From the NCBI GenBank assembly GCA_030638575.1, contig DAOWEJ010000014.1, positions 5,041 through 69,040 on the forward strand: a stretch of 64,000 nt of DNA, written 5' to 3'. The position numbers and the translations under genes were made by a program. This DNA is from Deltaproteobacteria bacterium (GTDB taxonomy: Bacteria > Desulfobacterota > Desulfobacteria > Desulfobacterales > JAUWMJ01). Positions 24,903-34,741 of this stretch are shown here, piece by piece (position 1 is the stretch's first letter; each line of letters begins with the position of its first letter). The notes under the pieces are model-generated. The model did not search any database. It was not told the origin of the DNA and worked only from the letters and a program-made list of their open reading frames with translations.

Positions 24903-25871
24903 ATGACAGAAATCAAATACAAAAAACATAAAAAAGGAAATAGAGAAGTTGCCAAATCAGGGAAATCTACGCCTGACTCAAAGATAACGTCAACCAGAGC
25001 AGGCAGGAAGGTAACGCTGGTCGGAGCCCTGGTCAATGGCATATTGATTCTGTTAAAGTTTTTAGCCGGTATATTCGGCCAAAGCCAGGCTCTCATAGCA
25101 GATGCAGTCCACTCCGTTTCCGACCTTTTTACCGACATTGTGGTTCTGATAGGTATCCAAATCGGGCGAAAGCCTCCGGATGAAAACCATCCTTTTGGTC
25201 ATGCCCGCATTGAGACCTTGGCATCTGCCATTGTAGGGCTGGCCCTTATAGCTACGGCTTTGTATTTAGGGATTGAGGCAGCCTTGAATATCTACCGCCA
25301 TACTCAATACCACCCCAACATCCTTGCCCTGACCGGGGCTGGCGTTTCTATCGCCTTGAAGGAGGCCCTCTATCATTATACGGTACACACCGGGCGACGT
25401 ATTAAGAGCCAACTGATTGTAGCAAACGCATGGCATCATCGCTCGGATGCCTTTTCCTCAGTAGCTGTTCTATTTGGTGTTGCGGGGACGCTCATCAATC
25501 CTGACTGGCACATACTCGACTCCTTCGCCGCCCTTTTGGTATCTTTCTTTATCGTAAAAGTCGGTCTTGATATCCTCTGGAGAAGTCTCCGTGAATTTAC
25601 CGACGCAGCTCCGCATCCCGAAATCCTGAGTAAAATCACCCTATGTGCTCGCAGCGTGGAAGGGGTGATCGATATGCATGATCTCAGAGTCCGAACTTCC
25701 GGGGGCCTTTATCAAATGGAAACTCACATCGTGGTGGATGGCCAACTGACCGTTGCCCAAGGGCATAAAATCGCCAAGGAAGTGGAAATTTGCCTGGCTG
25801 AAGAAGTCGAGGACCTTGACCGGGTCATTGTCCATATAGATCCTGCGATGGTAGAGGAAAAGCCGAAATAA
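24903..25871 (+). CDS. cation diffusion facilitator family transporter
   Basis: HSVSDLFTD and HHRSDAFSS metal-site motifs, six TM segments, and a C-terminal cytoplasmic domain. ATG at 24903 is preferred over the upstream ORF extension. Confidence 0.85.
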   Translation: MTEIKYKKHKKGNREVAKSGKSTPDSKITSTRAGRKVTLVGALVNGILILLKFLAGIFGQSQALIADAVHSVSDLFTDIVVLIGIQIGRKPPDENHPFGHARIETLASAIVGLALIATALYLGIEAALNIYRHTQYHPNILALTGAGVSIALKEALYHYTVHTGRRIKSQLIVANAWHHRSDAFSSVAVLFGVAGTLINPDWHILDSFAALLVSFFIVKVGLDILWRSLREFTDAAPHPEILSKITLCARSVEGVIDMHDLRVRTSGGLYQMETHIVVDGQLTVAQGHKIAKEVEICLAEEVEDLDRVIVHIDPAMVEEKPK

Positions 25872-25993
25872 GAGCTTACCATATAATAGGCTGTCTATAA
25901 TCTTACCCTGATGTCTTGAAATTCTTTCATACCGCCCCAATTTTTCAAAAAAGTTAATCAAATGTTGACCTCGGCCTGTTAAATCGGGTAATA

Positions 25994-26120
25994 TTGACGA
26001 TCTCGTAAAAAGTCCAACTTCTGCGTTGTGCTACATTTCGTAATCATTCAACGTACGATAAGTACGCCTCATGATTACAAAATTTGCACGCCTTGAATTT
26101 GAACTTTTTACGAAACCGTC
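25994..26120. repeat. Hairpin element, copy of 16661-16795
   Basis: Same core (catttcgtaatcattcaacgtacgataagtacgcctcatgatta) and cgtaaaaagtc / ttttacgaaaccgtc termini. Confidence 0.85.
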
Positions 26121-26231
26121 TAAATCTGACTTTTTACGACTTCATAAATATTAAGACACTGCAAAAATATTATGCCCAAATTCGACATCCACAGCGTTAG
26201 CGGACTCTGAAATCCATGGGAGAACACAGGC

Positions 26232-26333
26232 ATGAAGACAACGGCCAGAGATATAATGACTACCAATTTTCATACGGTTTTCCCTCATACGTCCATAAAT
26301 GATGCAGTTAAAATGTTTAAAAAGGTCGGCTAA
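26232..26333 (+). pseudogene. 33-codon CBS-domain gene remnant
   Basis: MKTTARDIMTTNFHTVFPHTSINDAVKMFKKVG* matches the start of a CBS domain (ARDIMT...V.P..S...A...M) and is then truncated. Confidence 0.4.
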
Positions 26334-26505
26334 GATCCGTTTCGGGTCTTGCCATGCATGTATGAACAGTAGTATTAAAGTAGATGAACACGAATAACTT
26401 TTATAATCACGGTTTTGAACACGGACTTTGCGATTGCCGACGCTAATGATGCTTATCTTAAAATTTGTTAAAAAATCAAAAAGATTTACTAAACGAGGTG
26501 ATATT

Positions 26506-27132
26506 ATGAACAGTATTAAGAAATTATTTATTGTGTTTGCCGTCCTTTTCGGGCTTTTCGTTGCTTTCTCCTGCGTTAAGGCCGGGACTTACTTTATTAG
26601 TTTAAATTATCAAGGAGAGCCTGAAACACTCATCCAGGGGTCTCATTTTATGGGGATACAAACTTTCCTGGATCAAAGAGAAGAAGAAAGTAAAAATCTT
26701 ATCGGCACCAGGATCATCGGAAAGGATCAGAAGGAATTGTTTCTGTCAAGAGCGGGATCTGTTGCGGATTTGGTTACTTTAGCTTTTGAAGAATTTGCGG
26801 TGAAAAGAGGGTTTAAAGCGCAAGGCATATCCGGCTGGGACTTTACTCCTGAAGGAATGAAAATCGCAGGCAAGGGACTGAAATATGTTGTAGGGGGATC
26901 AATAGAAAAGCTAAGATGCGATGCCACGAAACGTGTAGGTAGAACAAACATGGTTTTGGAGGTAAAAATAACGACCTACGTGGGTAATTTAGAAATCGGC
27001 ATAGTAAAAAAGCATCCTATAGAGATTAAGCTGACAAGAACAGATCCGACCTTTGGCGCATCGAGCCTCGAAAAGTTTACCAATGAAGCACTTACAAAGA
27101 TAATTACCGATACGATAGGGGATTTGAATTGA
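26506..27132 (+). CDS. hypothetical lipoprotein/secreted protein
   Basis: RBS GAGGTG, then MNSIKKLFIVFAVLFGLFVAFSC signal with a lipobox-like Cys. No recognised domain. Confidence 0.55.
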   Translation: MNSIKKLFIVFAVLFGLFVAFSCVKAGTYFISLNYQGEPETLIQGSHFMGIQTFLDQREEESKNLIGTRIIGKDQKELFLSRAGSVADLVTLAFEEFAVKRGFKAQGISGWDFTPEGMKIAGKGLKYVVGGSIEKLRCDATKRVGRTNMVLEVKITTYVGNLEIGIVKKHPIEIKLTRTDPTFGASSLEKFTNEALTKIITDTIGDLN

Positions 27133-27135
27133 CAT

Positions 27136-27527
27136 TGATGAATTTGTAAAAAATTTTCTTTTTACTAAGTACACATATTCTTAAATACGATTACGTATAA
27201 TGTTTTATTTTCACCGCAGAGTCGCAAAGCACGCAAAGAATCATTTTTTTTATTGCTTTCCGCTGAGAGGGCGGAAAGCAATAAAAAATTCATCCCTACG
27301 GGAAAAAATAATTTGATATAAAAACATATAGTTGTAACATTATAAACGCTGATTGATTTTCCTTTGCCGGCGTCCCTGTCCCGCAACAAGCGGGGTCAAC
27401 GGCAAAGGAAAAAACTTTAAACTATGCGTGCTTAGCGTCTTGAGTGAAGCCCCGCTAAAACGGGACAAGCCGGGCGGTGAAAGAAATCTATATAAAATAC
27501 GTCATCGAATTAACGAATTAGAGCACT
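27136..27527. repeat. About 390-bp composite nested-palindrome element, copy 2
   Basis: Collinear with 4769-5126. Its right end gagcacta overlaps the stop codon of the MBL hydrolase gene. Confidence 0.9.
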
Positions 27528-28191
27528 AAGCCGTTAAAAATGATTTAATAAACTTATCTATAGCTTTTTTTCCTTTATAAATACCGAAATGCCCTTCGCA
27601 TAGTATATCAACTTCAAGTGACAGAAGCAGCTCGAGGGATTTTAAGTAGTCTTTTCTATTCGACAGGAAGCTTGGATCAAGAGGGCCGTGTACATCTTGT
27701 GCAAAAAGGACTTTTTCCCCTTGAGACTCGGTTAAATAAACTACCGATCCCGGAGAGTGCCCCGGGGCATGAATAGCCTCAATATCCCTACCTCCTAAGT
27801 TAATATTTTCCCGTGAGCCTTTTAATTTTCTGTCAATGGAAAATGGCTTAAGGTTTGAGCCATACCAGTTTGCAGCGGTTACCGTATTATTTCCATGTTC
27901 AAGATACTTGGCATCAAGTTCATGGGCGATGACCCGGCATTGAAATTTGTCTTTCAAGGCTTTAGCACCACCGGTGTGATCGAAATGACAATGGGTTAGT
28001 AAAAGATAATCGATTTGATTGGAATCGATACCACAAGCCTTGATGTTCTTTAAGACTTTATCCTGATTTCCACCACAACCTGCATCAACAATGGCAGCGT
28101 GCTTTCCAAAAACGATCAAATAGATTGCCGCATCTTCAGGTGAAGAAAATCCAGAGCCGCCAACCTGGTATATTTCATCGGTAATTTTCAT
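27526..28191 (-). CDS. MBL-fold metallo-hydrolase
   Basis: THCHFDHTGG (HxHxDH) motif; later HAPGHSPG. Confidence 0.85.
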   Translation of the reverse strand: MKITDEIYQVGGSGFSSPEDAAIYLIVFGKHAAIVDAGCGGNQDKVLKNIKACGIDSNQIDYLLLTHCHFDHTGGAKALKDKFQCRVIAHELDAKYLEHGNNTVTAANWYGSNLKPFSIDRKLKGSRENINLGGRDIEAIHAPGHSPGSVVYLTESQGEKVLFAQDVHGPLDPSFLSNRKDYLKSLELLLSLEVDILCEGHFGIYKGKKAIDKFIKSFLTA

Positions 28192-28232
28192 AGTATGCTA
28201 CTTTACATATTAACTTACAAATCTACCTAAAG

Positions 28233-29090
28233 TTAAACAGACTGCCGGGATTCTTTTTGCCGAAAATACAGAAATAGAAAAATTCCACCGGCAATCATCG
28301 CAGCGCAAAGCATCTGGCCCATGGAAAACGACAAAAAGATGTATCCGAGGTGGGAATCCGGCTGACGGAAATATTCGATGAAAAACCTGACCACACCGTA
28401 GCCGATAAGATAAAAGGCAAGCATTGCGCCCTGCGGTTTCTTTATCTTTCGTATGCTCCATAAAACAGCAAAAAGAAATATTCCTTCAAAAAATGCTTCG
28501 TAAAGTTGTGAAGGATGGCGAAGTTCACGGCCCGGTGCCATGGGAAAGTACATACCTATCCATGAAGATGTAACTTTGCCGTATAATTCACCGTTAATAA
28601 AATTGCCGAGCCGTCCGAATGTGTATCCCAGCGGAATAACCGTAGTATATAAATCGGCAACTTCCCAGAAATTAAGGCTTGCTCTACGCGTATATATCCA
28701 GGTGACTACGATGACCCCGATAAGGCCCCCATGATAGGACATGCCGGATATGCCTGTAAAGGTTACTCCATTTGAGAAACTAAAGGGTAAAATTATTTCA
28801 AGGGGATGTTTAAGATAATATGATAAATTGTAAAAAAGAACATACCCGAGACGCGCACCAATAATTAGTCCCACCATCATTAAAGTAGTGAGATCTTTAA
28901 CCTGATCGGAAGATATTTCAAAGCCCTTTTCACGCTTTATACGAAACATAACCAGAAAAAATGTAAATGCAAAAGCAATGACATACATAAGTCCGTAATA
29001 CTGAAGCTTAAATGACCCTATTTCAAAGATAACCGGGCTTATATTTTCAGGAAGATGTTGCCACCATATTATAAGTTCATCCATATTCAA
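28233..29090 (-). CDS. lgt: prolipoprotein diacylglyceryl transferase
   Basis: GRLGNFINGELYG and HPSQLYEAFFEG motifs; multi-TM; 285 aa. Confidence 0.9.
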   Translation of the reverse strand: MNMDELIIWWQHLPENISPVIFEIGSFKLQYYGLMYVIAFAFTFFLVMFRIKREKGFEISSDQVKDLTTLMMVGLIIGARLGYVLFYNLSYYLKHPLEIILPFSFSNGVTFTGISGMSYHGGLIGVIVVTWIYTRRASLNFWEVADLYTTVIPLGYTFGRLGNFINGELYGKVTSSWIGMYFPMAPGRELRHPSQLYEAFFEGIFLFAVLWSIRKIKKPQGAMLAFYLIGYGVVRFFIEYFRQPDSHLGYIFLSFSMGQMLCAAMIAGGIFLFLYFRQKESRQSV

Positions 29091-29184
29091 TTCCGTTTTT
29101 TGTTTTGTTTAATTAGTGTTGCAGGAAAACTTTTGCAAAACCGGCCGGCTTTAAGAAGGAGATTACACAAAGAGCTTAGACTAC

Positions 29185-29357
29185 TTGAGGCCTTTGCAAA
29201 ACGTCCCTTTTTGCCCAATCTCTGTGTCTGGCTCAGATTTTGGCACTTTAGTGAAGCTTTAGCGCTATCCTCGAAATACTCAGTGTATTCCTGTGGTTAA
29301 AATCTTCGCCATCCTTGACCTTGAACAAAAATGAACATTTTTCAAAGGTCTCTACTT
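29185..29357. repeat. Decayed duplicate of the 5' end and upstream region of radical SAM gene 1723-2811
   Basis: The reverse strand reads VPKSEPDTEIGQKG..., versus (GTG-start) PKFEPDKEIGQ of the intact gene. A 17-nt deletion breaks the frame. The upstream strings agtgaagctttagcgctatcctcga are shared. Confidence 0.7.
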
Positions 29358-29444
29358 ATAGCTCTGGAAGAACAAAATTCTCAGCGCCATCCGGGACGTC
29401 GACCGACCCATAGAAGATACTATATTTAAAGACAGGCTGTTCTT

Positions 29445-30020
29445 TTATTGATCCTTTATTTGAGGCGGCTTTTTAATTTTCTCTTCATAAACCGAAAGGA
29501 GAAAGATCGTAGCTAAAGGCTGAGTAAAAAGTGATCCAATAAAAACAGCACTTCCTGCAGCAGAAATACCCAGGAACAAGAGAAGAACCACTAGTTGATC
29601 TACAAATACACCCTTGGTTGTCATTGTATAGCTTTCCTTTATTGCTTCGAATAATCCCAGTTCCTTATCTGTCATAAGGGGCACCATATAAAGACAACAA
29701 AAGGATACGGCCAGGGCAATGACAATTCCCGGTAAAACGAGCAGCATTAATCCTATCATAGTTGCAATAAAAACCAGAATTCCAAACCCCAATAAGGGCA
29801 AAAAGAGTTTCATCTGAGAAAATAAATCCTGAATTTTTGGTTCACGACCTTCTCTTAACATTAAAAGGATGGACTGCATGTAACCTGCCATTGTAACCGG
29901 TGCAAGTATTCCTAAGGTAAAAAACCATAAAATAAACATTGCCAGCGTCATGAAAATAAGCGGTGCAATGAACTTTAATGTCATGTTCCATGCTGTTTCC
30001 AGATGTTTTTTAAAATCCAT
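29445..30020 (-). CDS. hypothetical integral membrane protein
   Basis: 191 aa with 4-5 predicted hydrophobic helices; no motif recognised. Confidence 0.5.
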   Translation of the reverse strand: MDFKKHLETAWNMTLKFIAPLIFMTLAMFILWFFTLGILAPVTMAGYMQSILLMLREGREPKIQDLFSQMKLFLPLLGFGILVFIATMIGLMLLVLPGIVIALAVSFCCLYMVPLMTDKELGLFEAIKESYTMTTKGVFVDQLVVLLLFLGISAAGSAVFIGSLFTQPLATIFLLSVYEEKIKKPPQIKDQ

Positions 30021-30177
30021 TGATTTCTCCTTTAAGTATTCTTTTATGTGTTATATTTCCATAAAACTCAGTTAATGTATTTGAATTTTCCTGTAACTGT
30101 TGAGACCGGAGTATATTTAAGTGAATATTGTATGTCAATAAAAAGGAAATGCATAGAACCTGTTCTAAAAAATTATA

Positions 30178-30205
30178 TTGACACTGCTTCTTTACATGCT
30201 AAAAT
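30178..30205 (+). promoter_or_regulatory. Near-consensus sigma70-type promoter
   Basis: TTGACA (30178-30183), 16-nt spacer, TAAAAT (30200-30205). Confidence 0.5.
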
Positions 30206-30251
30206 CTTTATAAAAATTTAAAATAATAAAGCACTATTTATAACTACCAAC

Positions 30252-30275
30252 GCCCCGCCAGTGTGGGGCTTTTTT
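30252..30275 (+). terminator. Intrinsic terminator/attenuator hairpin just upstream of lnt
   Basis: gcccc gccagtgt ggggc followed by tttttt; 18 nt before the lnt start. Confidence 0.5.
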
Positions 30276-30293
30276 GTGATATAAATATTTAAA

Positions 30294-31859
30294 TTGAAAG
30301 CAAAAAAAGTTAATAAAATAAAAATCGTCTTAGCCGTATCCAGCGGTTTGTTTCTGACCGGATCTTTTCCGACTTTTAACTTTAGCTATCTTGCCTGGTT
30401 TGCCTTTGTTCCTCTCCTCATCTCCTTGAGAAACCTTTCTATAAAGGAGAGTTTTTTCGTCGGTTTTTTGACAGGACTTACCCATTATCTAACGCTGGTA
30501 TACTGGCTTGTATATACAATGAGAACTTACGGTCACCTGCCATGGCCTTTGTGTGTGGTTATTCTCATCCTACTTTCCGCTTATCTTGCACTTTACTTTG
30601 CTGTGTTTTCCGCAGCTATTTCAAGGCTGTTCTCAAGGCCTTTGTTCTTATTTCTTATGATCCCTGTTTTATGGGTTTCGCTTGAGTATATACGCTCGTT
30701 CTTTTTATCCGGATTTCCGTGGGAATTAATCGGATACTCCCAATTTAATACGTTGCACATCCTGCAGGTTTCAGATATATTTGGAGTATATGGCGTATCT
30801 TATTTAATAGCCTTTTCCAATGCGTCAATTTTTATCGTACTTCTGTATCTGACCGGGCTCGACTGACAGAACGAAAAGATAACTAAACGTCTTTTCGCAG
30901 GATCTGTTTTCGCATGTGTACTGATTGTTGGACTTGCCATCTCTTATGGTGCGTGGCGCATAAAATCTGTTGATGAACTTATTTCAGCGTCCCCTTCTAA
31001 ACATGTAGCTATTGTTCAGGGAAATATTAAGCAGTCAGAAAAATGGGACCGGGCATTTCAACTTGTAACAATAAAAAAATATTTAGATCTATCCCATATA
31101 GCAAAAGAGCAAAAGGCGGATCTTGTTGTTTGGCCTGAAACAGCCGCTCCGTTTTATTTTTCATTTAATACCCGGCTTGCGGATATTGTTAAAAAAGGGA
31201 TTGCCGATATGCCTGCAACTTTTTTGTTTGGCAGTCCTTCATTTGATCGCGTAAATAATAGAGTAGAATATTACAACAGCGCATACCTGATCAGCCCCAA
31301 GGGAGATATTTATGGCAGGTATGACAAAGCCCATCTTGTACCGTTTGGAGAATACATCCCTTTAAAAAACTGGTTTCCGTTCTTAGGTAAAATAGTGGAG
31401 CACGTTGGTGATTTTAGGCCGGGAAAAAAGGGAAAGACAATTGAGTGGGGCAATCACAGGATAGGTTTACTGATCTGTTATGAAATAATTTTTCCGGACC
31501 TTTCCAGGGCAATGGCGAAAAACCAGGCGTCTTTGCTGATAAATATCACAAATGATGCATGGTACGGAAGAACCAGCGCACCGTATCAGCATTTCTCCAT
31601 GGCTGTATTCAGGGCTGTGGAAAACAGAAGGGCGCTTGTAAGATCGGCGAATACAGGCATAAGCGGATTTATTGATCCTGTGGGTAGGGTTATTGATTCA
31701 ACGGAGCTTTTTGAAGATGCAGTCAAGACACGCACTGTTCCTTTAATACACGAAACATCTTTTTATACCCGCTTTGGAGACGTATTTGCCATGGGCTGCC
31801 TGGCCATTATAATGCTGGTTATTTTGGCAGATTTTATCCGGAAAAAACGGAAGGAATAA
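30294..31859 (+). pseudogene. lnt: apolipoprotein N-acyltransferase interrupted by one in-frame TGA (30864-30866)
   Basis: ORFs 30294-30866 and 31209-31859 are in the same frame. The sequence between them translates without further stops (…VAIVQGNIKQSEKWD…DLVVWPETA…). The catalytic LICYE Cys and WPE Glu motifs are present. Confidence 0.8.
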
Positions 31860-31976
31860 AACGTTTTATTTATCAAGGAATGACGAAAATATAAGGTAAT
31901 ATTTACCACTGATTTTTATGGTGAACTTTTTCAATATGATCGATGCTATTGAACCAAACAACAGGAGGAAAACAAT

Positions 31977-33072
31977 ATGTCCATAGAACTTAAACAGACC
32001 ATAAAGGAGCTTTCCGATGAATTAGAACAATTGAAAGGTTATCTTTGACATAGCCGGCAAAGAAAATAGACTCGGTGAAATAGAAGATCAAATTGCAAAG
32101 GAAGGTTTTTGGGACAATCCTGATGAAACCACAGCTATTCTAAAAGAAAGGACATTCCTTTCCGGAAAGATAGAAAGCTTTAATTTGCTTTACAATGATC
32201 TTGAAGAAAATGAAATCCTTCTTGATCTGGCTTTAGAGGAATCGGATACTGAAACACTTGAAGAAGTCAGACGGCAGCTTAAAGCAATTGATAAAAGAAT
32301 AAAAAAGCTTTCCCTGGATCTCATGCTTGACGGCGAAGATGACCGAAATAATGCCATTGTTTCCATTAATGCAGGCGCAGGAGGGACAGAGGCACAGGAC
32401 TGGGCCGAGATGCTCCTTAGAATGTATGTGAGATGGGTTGAACGAAAAGGCTTTAAAGTCAATATGATAGATTTCCAGCCGGGTGATGAGGCAGGCATTA
32501 AAAGTGTCACATTCACAGCAAACGGAGAAAATGCATACGGCTATTTAAAGACAGAAATCGGTGTACATCGACTGGTGCGTATTTCGCCGTTTAATGCCAG
32601 CGGTAAAAGGCACACGTCCTTTGCGTCTGTTTTTGTCTATCCCGAGCTGGACAAAGAGATCGTTATAGATATTGATGATAAGGATCTGCGTATTGATGTT
32701 TACAGGGCCAGTGGCGCAGGAGGGCAGCACGTAAACAAAACCAGCAGTGCTGTCCGCATTACCCACCTTCCATCTGGAATTGTCGTGCAGTGCCAGCAGG
32801 AAAAATCCCAGTACAGAAACAAGGAAATGGCAATGAAGGTACTTAAGGCCCGGCTATACCAGCAGGAAAAGCAGAAGCAGGATGAGAAGTTTAAGGAAAT
32901 ACATGACAGCAAGGGCGAAATAGCCTGGGGAAACCAGATCAGGTCGTATGTCCTCCATCCTTATCAGATGGTAAAGGATCACAGGGTAAATCTTGAGGTC
33001 GGGAATGTAAATGATGTCCTGGACGGCGGACTTGACCCTTTTATTGAGAGAGTACTACTGACCGGAAAATAA
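31977..33072 (+). CDS. prfB: peptide chain release factor 2 (programmed +1 frameshift at 32043-32049)
   Basis: AGGAGG RBS, then ATG 31977, then 23 codons ending TAT CTT TGA C, the classic RF2 shift site. The +1 frame continues DIAGKENRLGE... into ORF 32185-33072, which carries the SPF and GGQ motifs. Confidence 0.95.
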
Positions 33073-33164
33073 TAAGAGACCTTTGCAAAAAGTGCCGTTT
33101 TTCAAAGGTCTCCATAAGATGAAAGTGGCTAAAGACCACGGACAACCTACAACTTTCTTTGCAT

Positions 33165-33725
33165 ATGGACCCGATTGATATTATAAGTAAATTTTATAAA
33201 CCAGACTCAAAACTGTTCGATATCCTGGTAAATCACGGCGAGCAGGTTGCAAAAAAGTCTCTACATGCCGCAAGCAAAGTTCCTCATTTAAATCCTGACA
33301 TCAATTTTATCAAAGAAGCTGCCATGCTTCATGACATCGGCATTTTTCTTACGAATTCACCGGAGATATGCTGCTTTGGCAAGCACCCTTATGTCAGTCA
33401 CGGATATCTTGGTCGTGAATTGCTGGAAAAAAACGGATTGCCGAGACATGCACTTGTGTGTGAACGCCATGTAGGACTCGGCATTACCGTTAATGATATA
33501 CTTTCACATAACCTGCCAATCCCCAGGCGGAATATGTTACCTGTCTCAATAGAAGAACAGATCATCTGTTATGCAGACAAGTTTTTCTCAAAAAACGGCA
33601 ACCAGAGTGCAAGGGAAAAGCCTGTTGAGGATGTTTTAAAGGGTCTTGAAAAATACGGCCATGATAAAGTCATGATATTTAAATCATGGGTAGATCTTTT
33701 TAACGGCAACTTGTCTAATCCTTAA
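33165..33725 (+). CDS. HD-domain phosphohydrolase
   Basis: AMLHDIG motif; later His/Asp residues (CERHVGLG, YADKF). Confidence 0.75.
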   Translation: MDPIDIISKFYKPDSKLFDILVNHGEQVAKKSLHAASKVPHLNPDINFIKEAAMLHDIGIFLTNSPEICCFGKHPYVSHGYLGRELLEKNGLPRHALVCERHVGLGITVNDILSHNLPIPRRNMLPVSIEEQIICYADKFFSKNGNQSAREKPVEDVLKGLEKYGHDKVMIFKSWVDLFNGNLSNP

Positions 33726-33779
33726 AACCGGATTGTCTGAACGCGGCTTTTTAAAAGCTAAAATGCTGCCTTTCAAGCA

Positions 33780-34724
33780 TTATTTCTCCCATATCTGAAG
33801 AATGGAATTCACATCAACCTTTCTTTCCACAAGCCCATATTTAAATGCAAAATCGGCAAACCTCTGCCAGCGCTTAACATCATGTTTCTGGTTATGTGCA
33901 AAGTACGGCAGTGTCAGCTTGAATGCTTCGGTTTCGGTTCTCCGATCAGCTTCGGGAACAGCTTTTAAATATTTTTCAAGTGCTTTTTCAGGATTTGCAC
34001 GTGCGTACGCAATGCCCCGGTCAACTGCCATAGAAAATGCTTTTATCGCCTTTGCATTTTTTTTCAAAGACTTTGCACCGCATACGAATATAAGTTCGTC
34101 ATAATCGGGTATGCCCCACTGCTCCAGTTCAAAGTAACCGGCATGATATCCCCTATGCTCCAATACAACGGTTTCATAGGTTTTAAACGGCCCCATAATG
34201 GCGTCCACTTTACCTGTTGTCAGTGATTGAACAATAGTAAAGCCCACATTGATTGGTGTATAGTTCCGGATGCCGTTAATTTTGGCAAAAGCCTCCATCA
34301 GCACATCCATTAAACCGGGCACTGTGTAGCCGATCTTTTTGCCTTCCAGATCAGACGGTGTATTTATCCCTTTCCCTTTTAAAAAAAGCAGGGTTGTCAG
34401 CGGATGTTCCACCAAACGCCCAACGGCTATAATGCCGAGTCCTTCTGATGCAGCAATAATAGTCTGGGGCTGGTAAGAAATTGCTATATCAACAGTGCCG
34501 GTAGCTGCAAGCTTCAATGCATCTGCAGTGTCCGATGGGCTTAGTATTTTGATTTCCAGTCCTTCATCAGAAAAGTATCCCTGCTGCCTGGCCACGTAAA
34601 TCGGAAGATGATCAACATTGGGAAACCAGTCAAGCATTAAAGTAAGTCTCTGCGCAGCAAAAGATGAAGATACTAACAAAAAAACAAGAAGCACTGACAC
34701 GGCAATTAATAATCCTTTTTTCAT
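33780..34724 (-). CDS. thiY: ABC transporter substrate-binding protein, NMT1/THI5-like (thiamine-pyrimidine salvage type)
   Basis: Signal peptide MKKGLLIAVSVLLVFLLVSSSFA; LDWFPNVDHLPIYVA motif. The operon is headed by a TPP riboswitch. Confidence 0.65.
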   Translation of the reverse strand: MKKGLLIAVSVLLVFLLVSSSFAAQRLTLMLDWFPNVDHLPIYVARQQGYFSDEGLEIKILSPSDTADALKLAATGTVDIAISYQPQTIIAASEGLGIIAVGRLVEHPLTTLLFLKGKGINTPSDLEGKKIGYTVPGLMDVLMEAFAKINGIRNYTPINVGFTIVQSLTTGKVDAIMGPFKTYETVVLEHRGYHAGYFELEQWGIPDYDELIFVCGAKSLKKNAKAIKAFSMAVDRGIAYARANPEKALEKYLKAVPEADRRTETEAFKLTLPYFAHNQKHDVKRWQRFADFAFKYGLVERKVDVNSILQIWEK

Positions 34725-34741
34725 AATACATTTCTCCTTAA

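Noticed and set aside
33070-33115. The gagacctttgcaaaaa...tttttcaaaggtctc hairpins (33075-33112, 57225-57260, 9350-9372) as Rho-independent terminators.
   Set aside because: They are members of a dispersed repeat family, and most lack a T-run after the stem. They may still affect transcripts, but I cannot call them terminators.
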